From: a virus
Lineage: Duplodnaviria > Caudoviricetes
Length of the DNA: 25,487 bases
Virus record (IMG/VR): IMGVR_UViG_3300037422_000391
Span: 1 to 25,487 of that record
Direction: 5' to 3' (one strand)
Positions 7,627 through 16,776 of this stretch are shown piece after piece (position 1 is the first letter of the stretch; each line of letters starts with the position of its first letter). The notes beneath the pieces were generated by a model. It searched no databases. It was not told the origin of the DNA and worked only from the letters and a program-made list of their open reading frames with translations. The position numbers and the translations under genes were made by a program.

Positions 7627-8616
7627 ATCGGCAGCAAAGCACCGAAGCCCCCAGATCCGTACAAGGTTGCTGACGCCCAGACCCGGTCGAACATCGACAC
7701 GGCGAAGGCGCAACAGCAGCTTTCGTTCACGGGCAAGACCAACCCCTACGGGTCGGTGCAGTTCGTCCTCGATCCGACGAGCCCGAGCGGCTTCCGGGAG
7801 GTGACGCAGTTCTCCCCCGAGATGCAGGCCCTGATGCAGCAGAATCAGGACCTAACGGCGCAGTGGGGGGCCACCACCGGCGAGCAGCTCGGCCGGGTCG
7901 ACGACCGCCTGGGCGAGACTTTCTCGTTCGACGCCGGCCGCGGCGCCGTCCTCTCCGATCTGAAGCGATCGATGATGGATCCGCTGTGGGAGCGCAAGCG
8001 GGACCAGCTCGAGACGCAGCTCGCCAACGAGGGCATCCGGCAGGGCTCCGAGGCCTATGCGGAGCGCATGCGGCAGTTCGAGCAGCAGTCCGGAGATGCC
8101 TACAACAAGCTCTTCCTCGACAGCTACACGATGGCGAATGACGCCGCCCTCAAGGAGTGGCTGCTGCCCCTGACCGAGATGGGCATGCTCACGGCGGCCG
8201 GCTCCGGCGCGGCCATGCCATCGCTGCCGCAGTTCGGGCAGCCGGCGGGCCCCGGCGTCGCCCCGACCGACCTCACCGGCACAGTCATGCAGGCCTACCA
8301 GCACGAGGCTGCCAACGCCAACGCGGCGATGGGAGGGCTCTACGGGCTCGGCTCGGCGGCGCTCGGCGGATGGGCTCAGGCAGGCTTCCCCGGGCTCGCG
8401 GCCGGTCTCGCCCTGATCTCGGATCGACGGTTGAAGACAGACATCGAGCGCATCGGAGACGATCCGAGGGGCTGGGGTGTCTTCTCGTTCCGCTACGTCT
8501 GGGGCCCCGAGCGCTTCATTGGCTACATGGCCGACGAAGTCGAGCCGATCCGTCCCGACGCCGTCGTCACCGGCCCGGATGGCTTCAAGGCCATTCGCTA
8601 CGACCTGCTCGCGTGA
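7627..8616 (+). CDS. Pilot/DNA-ejection protein with C-terminal peptidase S74 (autocleaving chaperone) domain; probable non-canonical ATC start (CTG at 7621 is the alternative)
   Basis: Frame open from 7609 and encoding (I/M)GSKAPKPPDPYKVADAQTRSNIDTA...TNPYGS upstream of the track's GTG at 7756; RBS GAGGAG at 7611-7616; C-terminal SDRRLKTDIERIG...GYMADEV...PDAV. Confidence 0.7.
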   Translation: MGSKAPKPPDPYKVADAQTRSNIDTAKAQQQLSFTGKTNPYGSVQFVLDPTSPSGFREVTQFSPEMQALMQQNQDLTAQWGATTGEQLGRVDDRLGETFSFDAGRGAVLSDLKRSMMDPLWERKRDQLETQLANEGIRQGSEAYAERMRQFEQQSGDAYNKLFLDSYTMANDAALKEWLLPLTEMGMLTAAGSGAAMPSLPQFGQPAGPGVAPTDLTGTVMQAYQHEAANANAAMGGLYGLGSAALGGWAQAGFPGLAAGLALISDRRLKTDIERIGDDPRGWGVFSFRYVWGPERFIGYMADEVEPIRPDAVVTGPDGFKAIRYDLLA

Positions 8617-8625
8617 GATGAGCCC

Positions 8626-10758
8626 ATGGCAGAGAACGAAATCGGCATCGTCGACTCTGGCACGTACTACACGCCCGAGTCCTCGAAGATGCGCCGCCGG
8701 CTGGCCGAGGCGATGCTGAAGGCTGGCATGGAGACTTCGCCGATCCGCAGCCACTGGCAGGGCCTGGCTCGCATCGCGCAGGCCATGCTCGGCGGCTACA
8801 CGGCGCACAAGCTCGAGCGGGAGGAGAAGCAGGGGCAGAAGGCGCTCGGTGATCTGACGGCAGGCAGATACGGGCTCGGCCCTTCGCTCTCGACGTCCCC
8901 GGAGTCGTCGCAGCCACCATCGATCCCGAATTCGGCACTCGGCGACATGCCGGCGAACGCGCCGGCTGACAAGATCGCGCTCGGCCGAAAGATCGTCGAG
9001 GAACTGAAGCGGCTCGATCCGACCCTCACCGATACCCAGGCGGCCGCCGTGGCGGCCAACATGGTGTGGGAGGGCGGTGGCAAAACCGATCTCGTCAACG
9101 CCGGCGACAACTGGCGCAACTCTCCGCGCTCGCCGCACAGCGTCGGACTTGGGCAATGGAACGATCGAGCGCCGGCGCTCATCAAGTATGCGCGCCAGCA
9201 GGGTATCGACATCCCCGAAGGCAACCTGCTCGACGCCCGCTACATGCAGGACGTCATCAAGCGCATTCCGCTCGAGACGCAGCTCGGTTTCGCCCTGTCG
9301 GAGTGGCAGGGGCCCGAGGGGCGCGCCTATGCAATGCTCAGGGCGGCCCCGGACGACATGGCGGCCGCCCTGAAGGGTGCCATCAGCTACCACCGGCCGC
9401 GGGGTTGGACGTGGAGCAATCCGGCGGCTGGCCATGGCTTCCAAGGACGCGCGGGCATCGCCAAGCAGCTGATCGAGGATCTCGGGCGTAACCCACTGCA
9501 GCCTGTCAAGGTCGCACAAGCTCCGGGCGCCGTCACGGACGGGCAGCCGTTGGTGCCCCCGCCTGGCATCGTACTTGAGCCGGGAGCCGCTTCCGAGGCC
9601 TCGGCGGCCGCCGCGCCCGCGCCTGCGATGCCGTCAGTCGCTCCTGCGGCGGCGGCGACCACCGCTCCGGCAGCTCCTCAGATGGCAGCGCCGCCGTCTG
9701 TTCTCGGAGAGGTCGGAACCCCCGTCCTTTCGCAGCAGGAGGCCCTCGCCGAGGCCTGGAAGAGCCTTGGACCGCGCGGCGCGCTGGTACAGACGATGCT
9801 GCGCAGCCCCGATCCACGTATCCGGGGCGCCGCTGAGGCCGAGATCAAGGGCGCGCTCGGCCGCGTGATGGCGGCTCAGCCTCCGATCGAGCCCAAGAAG
9901 CAGGCCGAGCTCGCCTACACGCTCTCTCAAATCCGCGAGAACGAGGCCGAGCTGCCGAAGAAGCAGGCCGAGGCCCGCAAAGCGACTGTCGAGGCGCTGG
10001 CGGCCGAGCGCGACATGAAGCCCAGCAAGGAAGAGCTCGCACTGCGCCTGCAAGGCATGGTCGAGAACCTTGCCCAGGTGCCGCATGAGTACGGCCGGCA
10101 GGCGACCGAGCGCGCCGTCGGCCCATACTCAGGCGCCAACATCACCGAGAACGAAGGTGGCTATGTAGGTTCGGTGATCAACGCGATCCCGACGGCCATC
10201 GCCAAGATGCGCGGCGAGTTGGCCGCTCTGTACCAGGGCGGCGCGAACCCGAGCGAGGTGCGCCGGCGCATCGAAGGCGACACCCAGGCGCTCGTCAACC
10301 TCATGAAGCCGTACCTCAGGGTGAAGGGCGAGGGTGCACAGTCGAATTACGAACTCCAGCAGCTTCAGTCGGCCATCGGCCAAGTCGTCCAAGCCCGCAC
10401 GGTCGAGGAATACAACCGCGGCGTCGAGGACTTGCGCCACAGGCTGACCGGCATGATCGGTGTCGAGGTGCCAGCTGCGCGCGAGCAGAAGCGCAGCGGT
10501 GCAGGGCCGGCCTACGCCGAGGAAGTCACGACTGGGGCGGAGGCGGCCGTCGACACGCTACCCGCCGGGCTCAAGAGCGCCGCCGAGCGTGCCTTGTGGA
10601 TGACGCTCGGCGTGCCAGCGCGCCCCGAGCAACCGAAGGCGGCTCCATCCGACATGACGGAAGTTCAGAAGCTGCTCATGGAGCGGATGATCGCCAAGGG
10701 GACCGATCCGGCCGTCGCGCGCGACATCGTCATGAACATGCTCAAAGGAGGCCAGTGA
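8626..10758 (+). CDS. Internal virion/ejection protein with phage tail lysozyme (Phage_lysozyme2-like) domain (710 aa)
   Basis: QAAAVAANMVWEG...SVGLGQWNDR...LETQLGFALSE...YHRP segment (about 8990-9490), Ala/Pro linker, helical C-terminal half. Confidence 0.7.
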   Translation: MAENEIGIVDSGTYYTPESSKMRRRLAEAMLKAGMETSPIRSHWQGLARIAQAMLGGYTAHKLEREEKQGQKALGDLTAGRYGLGPSLSTSPESSQPPSIPNSALGDMPANAPADKIALGRKIVEELKRLDPTLTDTQAAAVAANMVWEGGGKTDLVNAGDNWRNSPRSPHSVGLGQWNDRAPALIKYARQQGIDIPEGNLLDARYMQDVIKRIPLETQLGFALSEWQGPEGRAYAMLRAAPDDMAAALKGAISYHRPRGWTWSNPAAGHGFQGRAGIAKQLIEDLGRNPLQPVKVAQAPGAVTDGQPLVPPPGIVLEPGAASEASAAAAPAPAMPSVAPAAAATTAPAAPQMAAPPSVLGEVGTPVLSQQEALAEAWKSLGPRGALVQTMLRSPDPRIRGAAEAEIKGALGRVMAAQPPIEPKKQAELAYTLSQIRENEAELPKKQAEARKATVEALAAERDMKPSKEELALRLQGMVENLAQVPHEYGRQATERAVGPYSGANITENEGGYVGSVINAIPTAIAKMRGELAALYQGGANPSEVRRRIEGDTQALVNLMKPYLRVKGEGAQSNYELQQLQSAIGQVVQARTVEEYNRGVEDLRHRLTGMIGVEVPAAREQKRSGAGPAYAEEVTTGAEAAVDTLPAGLKSAAERALWMTLGVPARPEQPKAAPSDMTEVQKLLMERMIAKGTDPAVARDIVMNMLKGGQ

Positions 10759-10759
10759 C

Positions 10760-11056
10760 ATGGGCACCCCGAACGCAGGCTCTGAAGGCGGCTTTGGCGG
10801 GATCCCGAACAGCCTCCTGTCGTTTCTCACGAACGCGCTGGGCGCCGCCACGGCACCTCTGAGCGCCAAGGGGTCAAAGATCAGCGGTGCGCAGAAGCCG
10901 AAAGACTTCGGCCTGCCGCCGCTCGACAAGGTGCCGACGGCGACTGCCGGCTTCAACGCAGAGCTCCCTCCTGCCGAGCGGGTGAACCTGCTGAGGGCGA
11001 TGATCGCCCGCGCCAAGAGCGGTGGCGTTCCGCCGGCCCCGGCCTCGGGCAGCTGA
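10760..11056 (+). CDS. Hypothetical protein (98 aa)
   Basis: RBS AAAGGAGG; fills the gap between flanking genes. Confidence 0.6.
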   Translation: MGTPNAGSEGGFGGIPNSLLSFLTNALGAATAPLSAKGSKISGAQKPKDFGLPPLDKVPTATAGFNAELPPAERVNLLRAMIARAKSGGVPPAPASGS

Positions 11057-11072
11057 TCAGGAGGAGCGGCTC

Positions 11073-11888
11073 ATGGCGCGCAACGGCGCGGGCGTCTACA
11101 GCGTCCCAAACACCTTCCTGCCTTCAACGACCATGAGTGCCACGGCCGTGAACGCCAATTTCACGGACGCAGGCTCCGAGCTCACCAATTCGCTCGCGCG
11201 CGACGGGCAGAGCTCGATGTCGGGGCAATTCAAGGCGATCGCGGGTTCTCTCGGCGCGCCCGGCATCTCTTGGGGAAGCGACACCAAGACCGGCTTCCGG
11301 CGAGCGTCGGCCGGCGAGATGCGCTGGGTCACCCAGTCGGTCGATGCGATGTACATCGACTCGGTCGGGAAGCTCTGGCACCTGGGTGCCATGGACATCG
11401 CTGGCGGCCTCGTCATTGGAGGCGCGCTGTCCGGTGCCGGCGTCCCCGATCTTGCCGCGATCGAGGCCCTGACCGGCAAGGGAATCCTGAAGCGCACGGC
11501 CGACAACACGTGGGGCCTCGATACTGTCCTCACGGCGCTCAGCTTCACTGTCAACGGCAATGGCAACGTGCTCGCCACCGGAGTCTGCGGCGACCTGGTG
11601 GCGCCCTACGACATGGTGATCACGGGCGTCACGGTGCTCGCCGATCAGTCCGGCTCGCTCGTGCTCGATATTTGGAAGGACACCTACGGCAACTACCCGC
11701 CGACGGTGGCCGATACCATCACGGCCTCTGCCAAGCCCACTCTGTCGAGCGCCACGAAATACACCGACAGCACCCTGACCGGCTGGACCACCACCGTGAC
11801 GGCTGGCGACACCTTCCGGTTCAACATCGACAGCATCACCACGATCACCCGCTTCACCGTGATCCTCACCGGCACGAGGTTCGCCTAA
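11073..11888 (+). CDS. Tail fibre/adaptor protein, paralogue 1 (271 aa)
   Basis: RBS AGGAGGAG; MARNGAGVY...N.NF.D...LTNSL.RDG virion-attachment-type N-terminus; Thr-rich C-terminal beta domain. Confidence 0.7.
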   Translation: MARNGAGVYSVPNTFLPSTTMSATAVNANFTDAGSELTNSLARDGQSSMSGQFKAIAGSLGAPGISWGSDTKTGFRRASAGEMRWVTQSVDAMYIDSVGKLWHLGAMDIAGGLVIGGALSGAGVPDLAAIEALTGKGILKRTADNTWGLDTVLTALSFTVNGNGNVLATGVCGDLVAPYDMVITGVTVLADQSGSLVLDIWKDTYGNYPPTVADTITASAKPTLSSATKYTDSTLTGWTTTVTAGDTFRFNIDSITTITRFTVILTGTRFA

Positions 11889-12709
11889 TGGCCAGGAACG
11901 GCGCCGGGGTATTTGCAGTCCTGAACCCGATCCTCATCGGGGCCCTGCGGTCGTCCTCCGCAGTGAACCAAGACTTTTCCGACATGGGGGATGAGATCAC
12001 CAACACCCTGCCTGTGGACGGCCAGGCAGGGATGACCGGACAGTTCAGGGCGGCCGACGGCAGCCTGACGATGCCCGGCATGTCGTTTGCCGTGGACACC
12101 CGCCTCGGCTTCCGGCGCACAGCTCAAGGCGAGATGCGATGGGTGTCCGGCGGTCAGGACCGCTTCTTCATCGACCTCGACGGCAAGGCCTGGCATCTGG
12201 CGGACATGAGCGTGGCCGGCGCGCTGACGCTCAACGCCGAAGTGTCAGCGCCTATGAGCGACCCCGTCACGATCGGCAAGTTTGCCGCCAACGGTGCCGC
12301 CAAGAGGACGAGTTCGACCAGCACGCCGGCGTGGTCGCCGGAGCCTTTCTACTACACGCTCCACTACACCATAGGCGGCTATGGCACCGTCATCCCCACT
12401 GGCGTGATTGGCGATCTCCAGGCGCCGGCGGCCGGGACCATCGTTTCGGCGGCGTTGATGGCTGACCAGACCGGGTCGGTTTCGGTCGACATCTGGAAGG
12501 ACAGCTACGCGAACTACCCGCCGACGGTGGCCGACAGCATCGTGGCCTCGAGCCCGCTGGTGGTCAGCTCGGGCGTTGGCGTGCTCGACCAGACCCTCTC
12601 CGGTTGGACGACGGCGGTCGCCGCCGGTGACTGCTTCCGCTTCAACGTCAACAGCGTCACGACCGTCACGCGCCTCACCATTGCGCTCCGCATTCGGAGG
12701 TTCGCGTGA
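11888..12709 (+). CDS. Tail fibre/adaptor protein, paralogue 2 (273 aa)
   Basis: TAATG coupling; colinear similarity to 11073-11888 (MARNGAGV, GEMRWV, DIWKD.Y.NYPPTVAD, FRFN, RFA). Confidence 0.75.
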   Translation: MARNGAGVFAVLNPILIGALRSSSAVNQDFSDMGDEITNTLPVDGQAGMTGQFRAADGSLTMPGMSFAVDTRLGFRRTAQGEMRWVSGGQDRFFIDLDGKAWHLADMSVAGALTLNAEVSAPMSDPVTIGKFAANGAAKRTSSTSTPAWSPEPFYYTLHYTIGGYGTVIPTGVIGDLQAPAAGTIVSAALMADQTGSVSVDIWKDSYANYPPTVADSIVASSPLVVSSGVGVLDQTLSGWTTAVAAGDCFRFNVNSVTTVTRLTIALRIRRFA

Positions 12710-13620
12710 CGACCAAGGTGATCTTCTTCACGACTCCGGGCGCCGGCAGTTGGACAGTTCCAAACGACTGGAACAACAACGCCAACACCGTTGAGTGCAT
12801 CGCCGGGGGAGCCGGCGGCCGGTACGGCGCCAACCCGGGCGGTGGTGGCGGCGGGGGCGCCTATTCAGCGGCTTCGAATGTCCCGTTGGCCCCGGGTGAG
12901 ACCGTACCTCTACAGGTCGGTGCCAAAGGTACTGGCGGTGCGAGTGGCACGCCTGCAACCAGTGGGGGAGACACCTGGTTCAACGGCACCAGCCTCGCGT
13001 CTTCTTCGTGCGCCGCCAAAGGCGGAGCCGCGGACGGCACGGGCGGCGTTGCCTCCTCAGGGGTTGGCACGACCAAGTTCAACGGCGGCGATGGCGGCAC
13101 TGGTGGTGGTGGAAGCGGTGCCGGCGGCGGTGGCGGTGGCGGCGCTGCTGGGCCACATGGCGACGGCGCAGATGGAGCGAGCGCCACTACAGACGATGGA
13201 GCAGGCGGTGGCGGAGCCGATGGAGGATCAACGCCGTCGTACAGCACCAGCGGCAATAACCCAGGCGGCAACAATCGCAGTGGCACTGGTGGCGGCTCTG
13301 GCCCGGCCGGAAACGGCTCCGACGGTGGTGGTGGAGGTGGTGGAAATCCTGGCGGCCAAGACGGCGGCGCCGGCGGCGATGGCGAGGTGCTCTGGACGCA
13401 GACCTCGGACAGCGCCGAAGCAGGGCCCGGTGGCGGTGGTGGTGGAGGTGGCGGCGATACCGACGGAGACGGCGGCTCTGGCGGAGGTAAGGGCGGCGGT
13501 GGTGGTGGCGGCGGCAGTGATGCCTTCAACAACCACGGCGAGGGCGGCGACGGCGCTCCGGGCATCATCATCGTCACCTACACACCGGCGGTGATGCTCA
13601 ACTCCTGCGTTACAGGCTAG
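12706..13620 (+). CDS. Glycine-rich (polyglycine-II-type) tail-associated protein (304 aa)
   Basis: GSWTVP...ECIAGGAGG...GGGGGAY...VGA.G.GG...GGDTWF and C-terminal GG.GAPGIIIVTY framing typical of Gly-rich virion domains; GTGA coupling. Confidence 0.75.
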   Translation: MTTKVIFFTTPGAGSWTVPNDWNNNANTVECIAGGAGGRYGANPGGGGGGGAYSAASNVPLAPGETVPLQVGAKGTGGASGTPATSGGDTWFNGTSLASSSCAAKGGAADGTGGVASSGVGTTKFNGGDGGTGGGGSGAGGGGGGGAAGPHGDGADGASATTDDGAGGGGADGGSTPSYSTSGNNPGGNNRSGTGGGSGPAGNGSDGGGGGGGNPGGQDGGAGGDGEVLWTQTSDSAEAGPGGGGGGGGGDTDGDGGSGGGKGGGGGGGGSDAFNNHGEGGDGAPGIIIVTYTPAVMLNSCVTG

Positions 13621-13622
13621 CG

Positions 13623-13883
13623 ATGAACCCCCTTCTGATTGCGATGCTGAATGCTGCGATGGCGCAGCAGCCGAGGCAGCCCGCGAGGACCGCATCGGGT
13701 GCACTTGTGCGCGCGATGATGAGCAAGAGGCAGGCCGCCAAGGACGCGTCACTCGCCGCTCTCAAGCCCTACGCCGAGTCTCAGCACGCCGACCGGTACG
13801 GGGCCGCCCCGACCCAGGACCTTGGCGCATTCCAAAGTGATTCCTTCGCGAACGATGCCTTCCAGGTGAGCGGAGAGACCTGA
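13623..13883 (+). CDS. Hypothetical protein (86 aa) ending in AFQSDSFANDAFQV
   Basis: Tightly packed between neighbours; TGATG coupling to the tail fibre gene. Confidence 0.6.
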   Translation: MNPLLIAMLNAAMAQQPRQPARTASGALVRAMMSKRQAAKDASLAALKPYAESQHADRYGAAPTQDLGAFQSDSFANDAFQVSGET

Positions 13884-16492
13884 TGACCGTCGCGATCCGT
13901 CACAAATTCACTTCCATGGTTGCCGACGCGCAGGCGTCCGGCTTCGTGAAGCCGAGCAACTGGAACGACACCCACGCGATCTCGCTAGCCGCGGGCTCGC
14001 TGCTGGGTCGCTGGCAGGGCACGCCTGGCGACGCCAGCGAGATCGCCGTCGATGTCAATGATCTCCAGCTCGACAGCTCTGGCCTGCACCTTTCCCCGAC
14101 CGGCATCCAACCTGGCTTCTACACGAACGCCAACGTCATCGTCGACGCCAAGGGTCGCATCACGCAGATCGCGAATGGCACGAGCTCGGGTGGTGCCAAC
14201 GCGCAGTCCGAGTACCTGCTGGGGGCCGCCGACGGCGATCTCGGCAATGCGCGCTTGCCCGTCGACACCAGCACCATCGCCTGGGATATGACGACCGATC
14301 ATGAGTTCAAGGCCAATTGGCTTGGACTCGTGACCGACCTGACCCCGCAGCTCGGCGGCGATCTCGACCTCAACGGCCACGTCATCAGCGGCCTCGAGAT
14401 CGGCATCGATGTGCAGGCACACGATGCCCAGCTTGACGACATCGCCGGCCTGACGCCCACCGACGGCAACATCATCGTCGGAGATGGGGCGAACTGGGTG
14501 GCGGAGAGTGGTGCCACGGCGCGCACCAGCCTCGGCCTTGGGACCGGCGACACGCCGCAGTTCACGGCGGTCCGCGCGGCCGATGGGTCCGCCACCTCGG
14601 CGGCCTACGGGTTCGCCAACGATCCCCAGCTGGGGATCTTCCGGGCTGGATCAAACATCCTTGGGTTCGGCATTTCTAACGCCGAGCGCATGCGGTTGCA
14701 GGGCGTCAGCGGCGGTGCGCAGCTGACAATTCTGGTCGGCGGTACTGAAGGCAGCTTCGCGCTCGGCAGCATCACCAACGCCGATGTCAAATACGGGCGT
14801 GATGGATTCGGCATCGCTGCGATCCGCAATGGCACCAACGCGCAGATCTTGCGCGGCTACCGCACCTGGGCCAACGCCGGTACTGACTATGAGCGCTGGG
14901 CGCTGCAAACCGGCTCCGGCTACATGGAGCTGGCTGCTGAGACCGGCGGCACCGGCACCGACGACCTCGATCTGAGGCTCACGCCGGCGGGCACCGGCCG
15001 TGTTACCACGGCGGCCGGGGTCAGCGTGGGTGGCACCCTCGAGCTTGGCCACGCCTCGGACACGACTCTTTCGCGCGTCAGCGCCGGGGTCGCTGCGATC
15101 GAGGGCAACAACATCCTGACTGCCAATTTGATCGGCTCGACGGTGCAAAGCTACGACGCCGACACCGCTGCCATCGCTGCGTTGTCTCCGTCGGACGATG
15201 ACATCATCCAGCGGAAGGGCGGTGCCTGGTCGAACCGCAGCATGGCTCAGCTTATTGCTGACCTGGCTGCGCTCGGCACCACCTTCCAGCCACTCGATGC
15301 CGACCTGACGGCGATTGCAGGCCTGAGCACGACTGTTGCGGGCCGATCCATCCTCACCGTTGCTGACCCCAACGCCGACCGGATCATGGCGTGGGACGAC
15401 AGTGCTGGTGCCATCGTTCCCATCGCTCTCGCCGACATTGCGGCTGAGGCTTCGCCAGCGGCCGGGGACTACGTTCTGGCCTATCTGGCCGACGGAAGTC
15501 TTGCCAAGGTCGACTGGGACCTTCTGCCCGGCGCCGGCACCGCCCTGAGTGTCGAAACGTTGATGGACTTGGTCGAGCCGACCGCGGCATCAGAGGCCAG
15601 CGACGAGATCACCCTCGACGTTGATGACGGCAATGCCCTGTTCTTTACGCGCACTATGACAGCGCACGAACTGATCCTCGATCCAGTCGACATGCCGCTG
15701 GGTTCGACTATCAGTCTCCTCATCGACCCGACCCAGCATCCCACATCAGCGCCTGTTGTGGCGGCGACCGCGAAGGCGCAGACGGCTGCCGGCACGTCGC
15801 ACTCCATCACACTGCCGAGCGGCATCGCGGCGGGCCACCTCCTCCTGGTCATCGTGTCGATGGACGGCAGCCCGACCCTGTCCGTCGACACCGGTGCCTC
15901 CGGCAACAACTGGAACATGCTGGGCCAAGCCAGCAATGGCTCGAACGTCACAGGTGCCGTGTTCTGGAAGTTCGCCGAAGGCAGCGACGTGCTCACCATC
16001 ACGTCGAGCGCGAGCGAGGAAGGCACCCACATCAGCTTCCGGATTACAGGCGCACTCCAGCCCGACGATGTGCACGGCATCAGCGCCAACGGATCCAGCA
16101 CGAACCCGGACCCTGCCGATCTGACAGGGCTGGTCTCGCAGGAATACCTGCTGATCGCGTCGACCAGCCACGATGCGCAGGTCGTCTCGACCGTGGCTCC
16201 GTCCGGGTACGCCAACCTCGATTCGCAGGCAGCTGCCACCTCCGGCGGCGCCTCGACCAGCATTGCATACCGCACGGCAACGGTGACGAACGAGAACCCG
16301 GGCACCTTCACGGCGACCACTGAGCAGTGGGTGACCTGGACGATCGCCATTGGACCGTCCGGCTTCTATGTCGCGTCGTTCGACAGTGGATTCGAAGCGC
16401 CGCTGCCCGACATTGAGACCGAGACGCTGCTGACCATCCAGAACATCGGCTCGGGCCGGTTCGTGGCCGTCAAAGCGTGGGAGGCAGAGTGA
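13883..16492 (+). CDS. Long tail fibre / receptor-binding protein (869 aa)
   Basis: IRHKF.S...VKPSNWND.H N-terminus, G.YTNANVIVDAKGRIT and PQLGGDLDLNG fibre motifs, three Q..DA.L..IA.L repeats, C-terminal beta domain. Confidence 0.8.
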   Translation: MTVAIRHKFTSMVADAQASGFVKPSNWNDTHAISLAAGSLLGRWQGTPGDASEIAVDVNDLQLDSSGLHLSPTGIQPGFYTNANVIVDAKGRITQIANGTSSGGANAQSEYLLGAADGDLGNARLPVDTSTIAWDMTTDHEFKANWLGLVTDLTPQLGGDLDLNGHVISGLEIGIDVQAHDAQLDDIAGLTPTDGNIIVGDGANWVAESGATARTSLGLGTGDTPQFTAVRAADGSATSAAYGFANDPQLGIFRAGSNILGFGISNAERMRLQGVSGGAQLTILVGGTEGSFALGSITNADVKYGRDGFGIAAIRNGTNAQILRGYRTWANAGTDYERWALQTGSGYMELAAETGGTGTDDLDLRLTPAGTGRVTTAAGVSVGGTLELGHASDTTLSRVSAGVAAIEGNNILTANLIGSTVQSYDADTAAIAALSPSDDDIIQRKGGAWSNRSMAQLIADLAALGTTFQPLDADLTAIAGLSTTVAGRSILTVADPNADRIMAWDDSAGAIVPIALADIAAEASPAAGDYVLAYLADGSLAKVDWDLLPGAGTALSVETLMDLVEPTAASEASDEITLDVDDGNALFFTRTMTAHELILDPVDMPLGSTISLLIDPTQHPTSAPVVAATAKAQTAAGTSHSITLPSGIAAGHLLLVIVSMDGSPTLSVDTGASGNNWNMLGQASNGSNVTGAVFWKFAEGSDVLTITSSASEEGTHISFRITGALQPDDVHGISANGSSTNPDPADLTGLVSQEYLLIASTSHDAQVVSTVAPSGYANLDSQAAATSGGASTSIAYRTATVTNENPGTFTATTEQWVTWTIAIGPSGFYVASFDSGFEAPLPDIETETLLTIQNIGSGRFVAVKAWEAE

Positions 16493-16776
16493 TGTTCCTC
16501 GTCATCGAGACAAAGGAGGGGATCGTCGAGGCGCCCAAGAGCCATAGGGCCGTGTTCTCATCGGCAAGCCGCGGCCGCATCGGTCAGGCCACGGTCCGCC
16601 GCCTGGCGCGGCACAACATGCGGGCGATGCTTGCCGAGTACGGCGTCCATGTGGTCGATGAGATCGATGTGCCAGAAGGCAAGGTGCGTACCTCGGCGGG
16701 TTTCGCAAAAGTGGATGGTCGGATCGTGCGCACACAATCTCTCGAGGATACCCCGGTCAAAGGGGAGGCACAGTGA
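16492..16776 (+). CDS. Small protein, possible tail-fibre assembly factor (94 aa)
   Basis: TGATG coupling after the fibre gene, GGAGG RBS; function inferred from position only. Confidence 0.55.
   Translation: MFLVIETKEGIVEAPKSHRAVFSSASRGRIGQATVRRLARHNMRAMLAEYGVHVVDEIDVPEGKVRTSAGFAKVDGRIVRTQSLEDTPVKGEAQ

Noticed and set aside
7852-9519. 555-aa minus-strand ORF
   Set aside because: Shadow of the ejection genes; Arg-rich composition typical of off-frame reading.
12861-13577. Pro-rich minus-strand ORF and GGT/GGC runs as a repeat array
   Set aside because: Simply the complement of polyglycine codons in 12706-13620.
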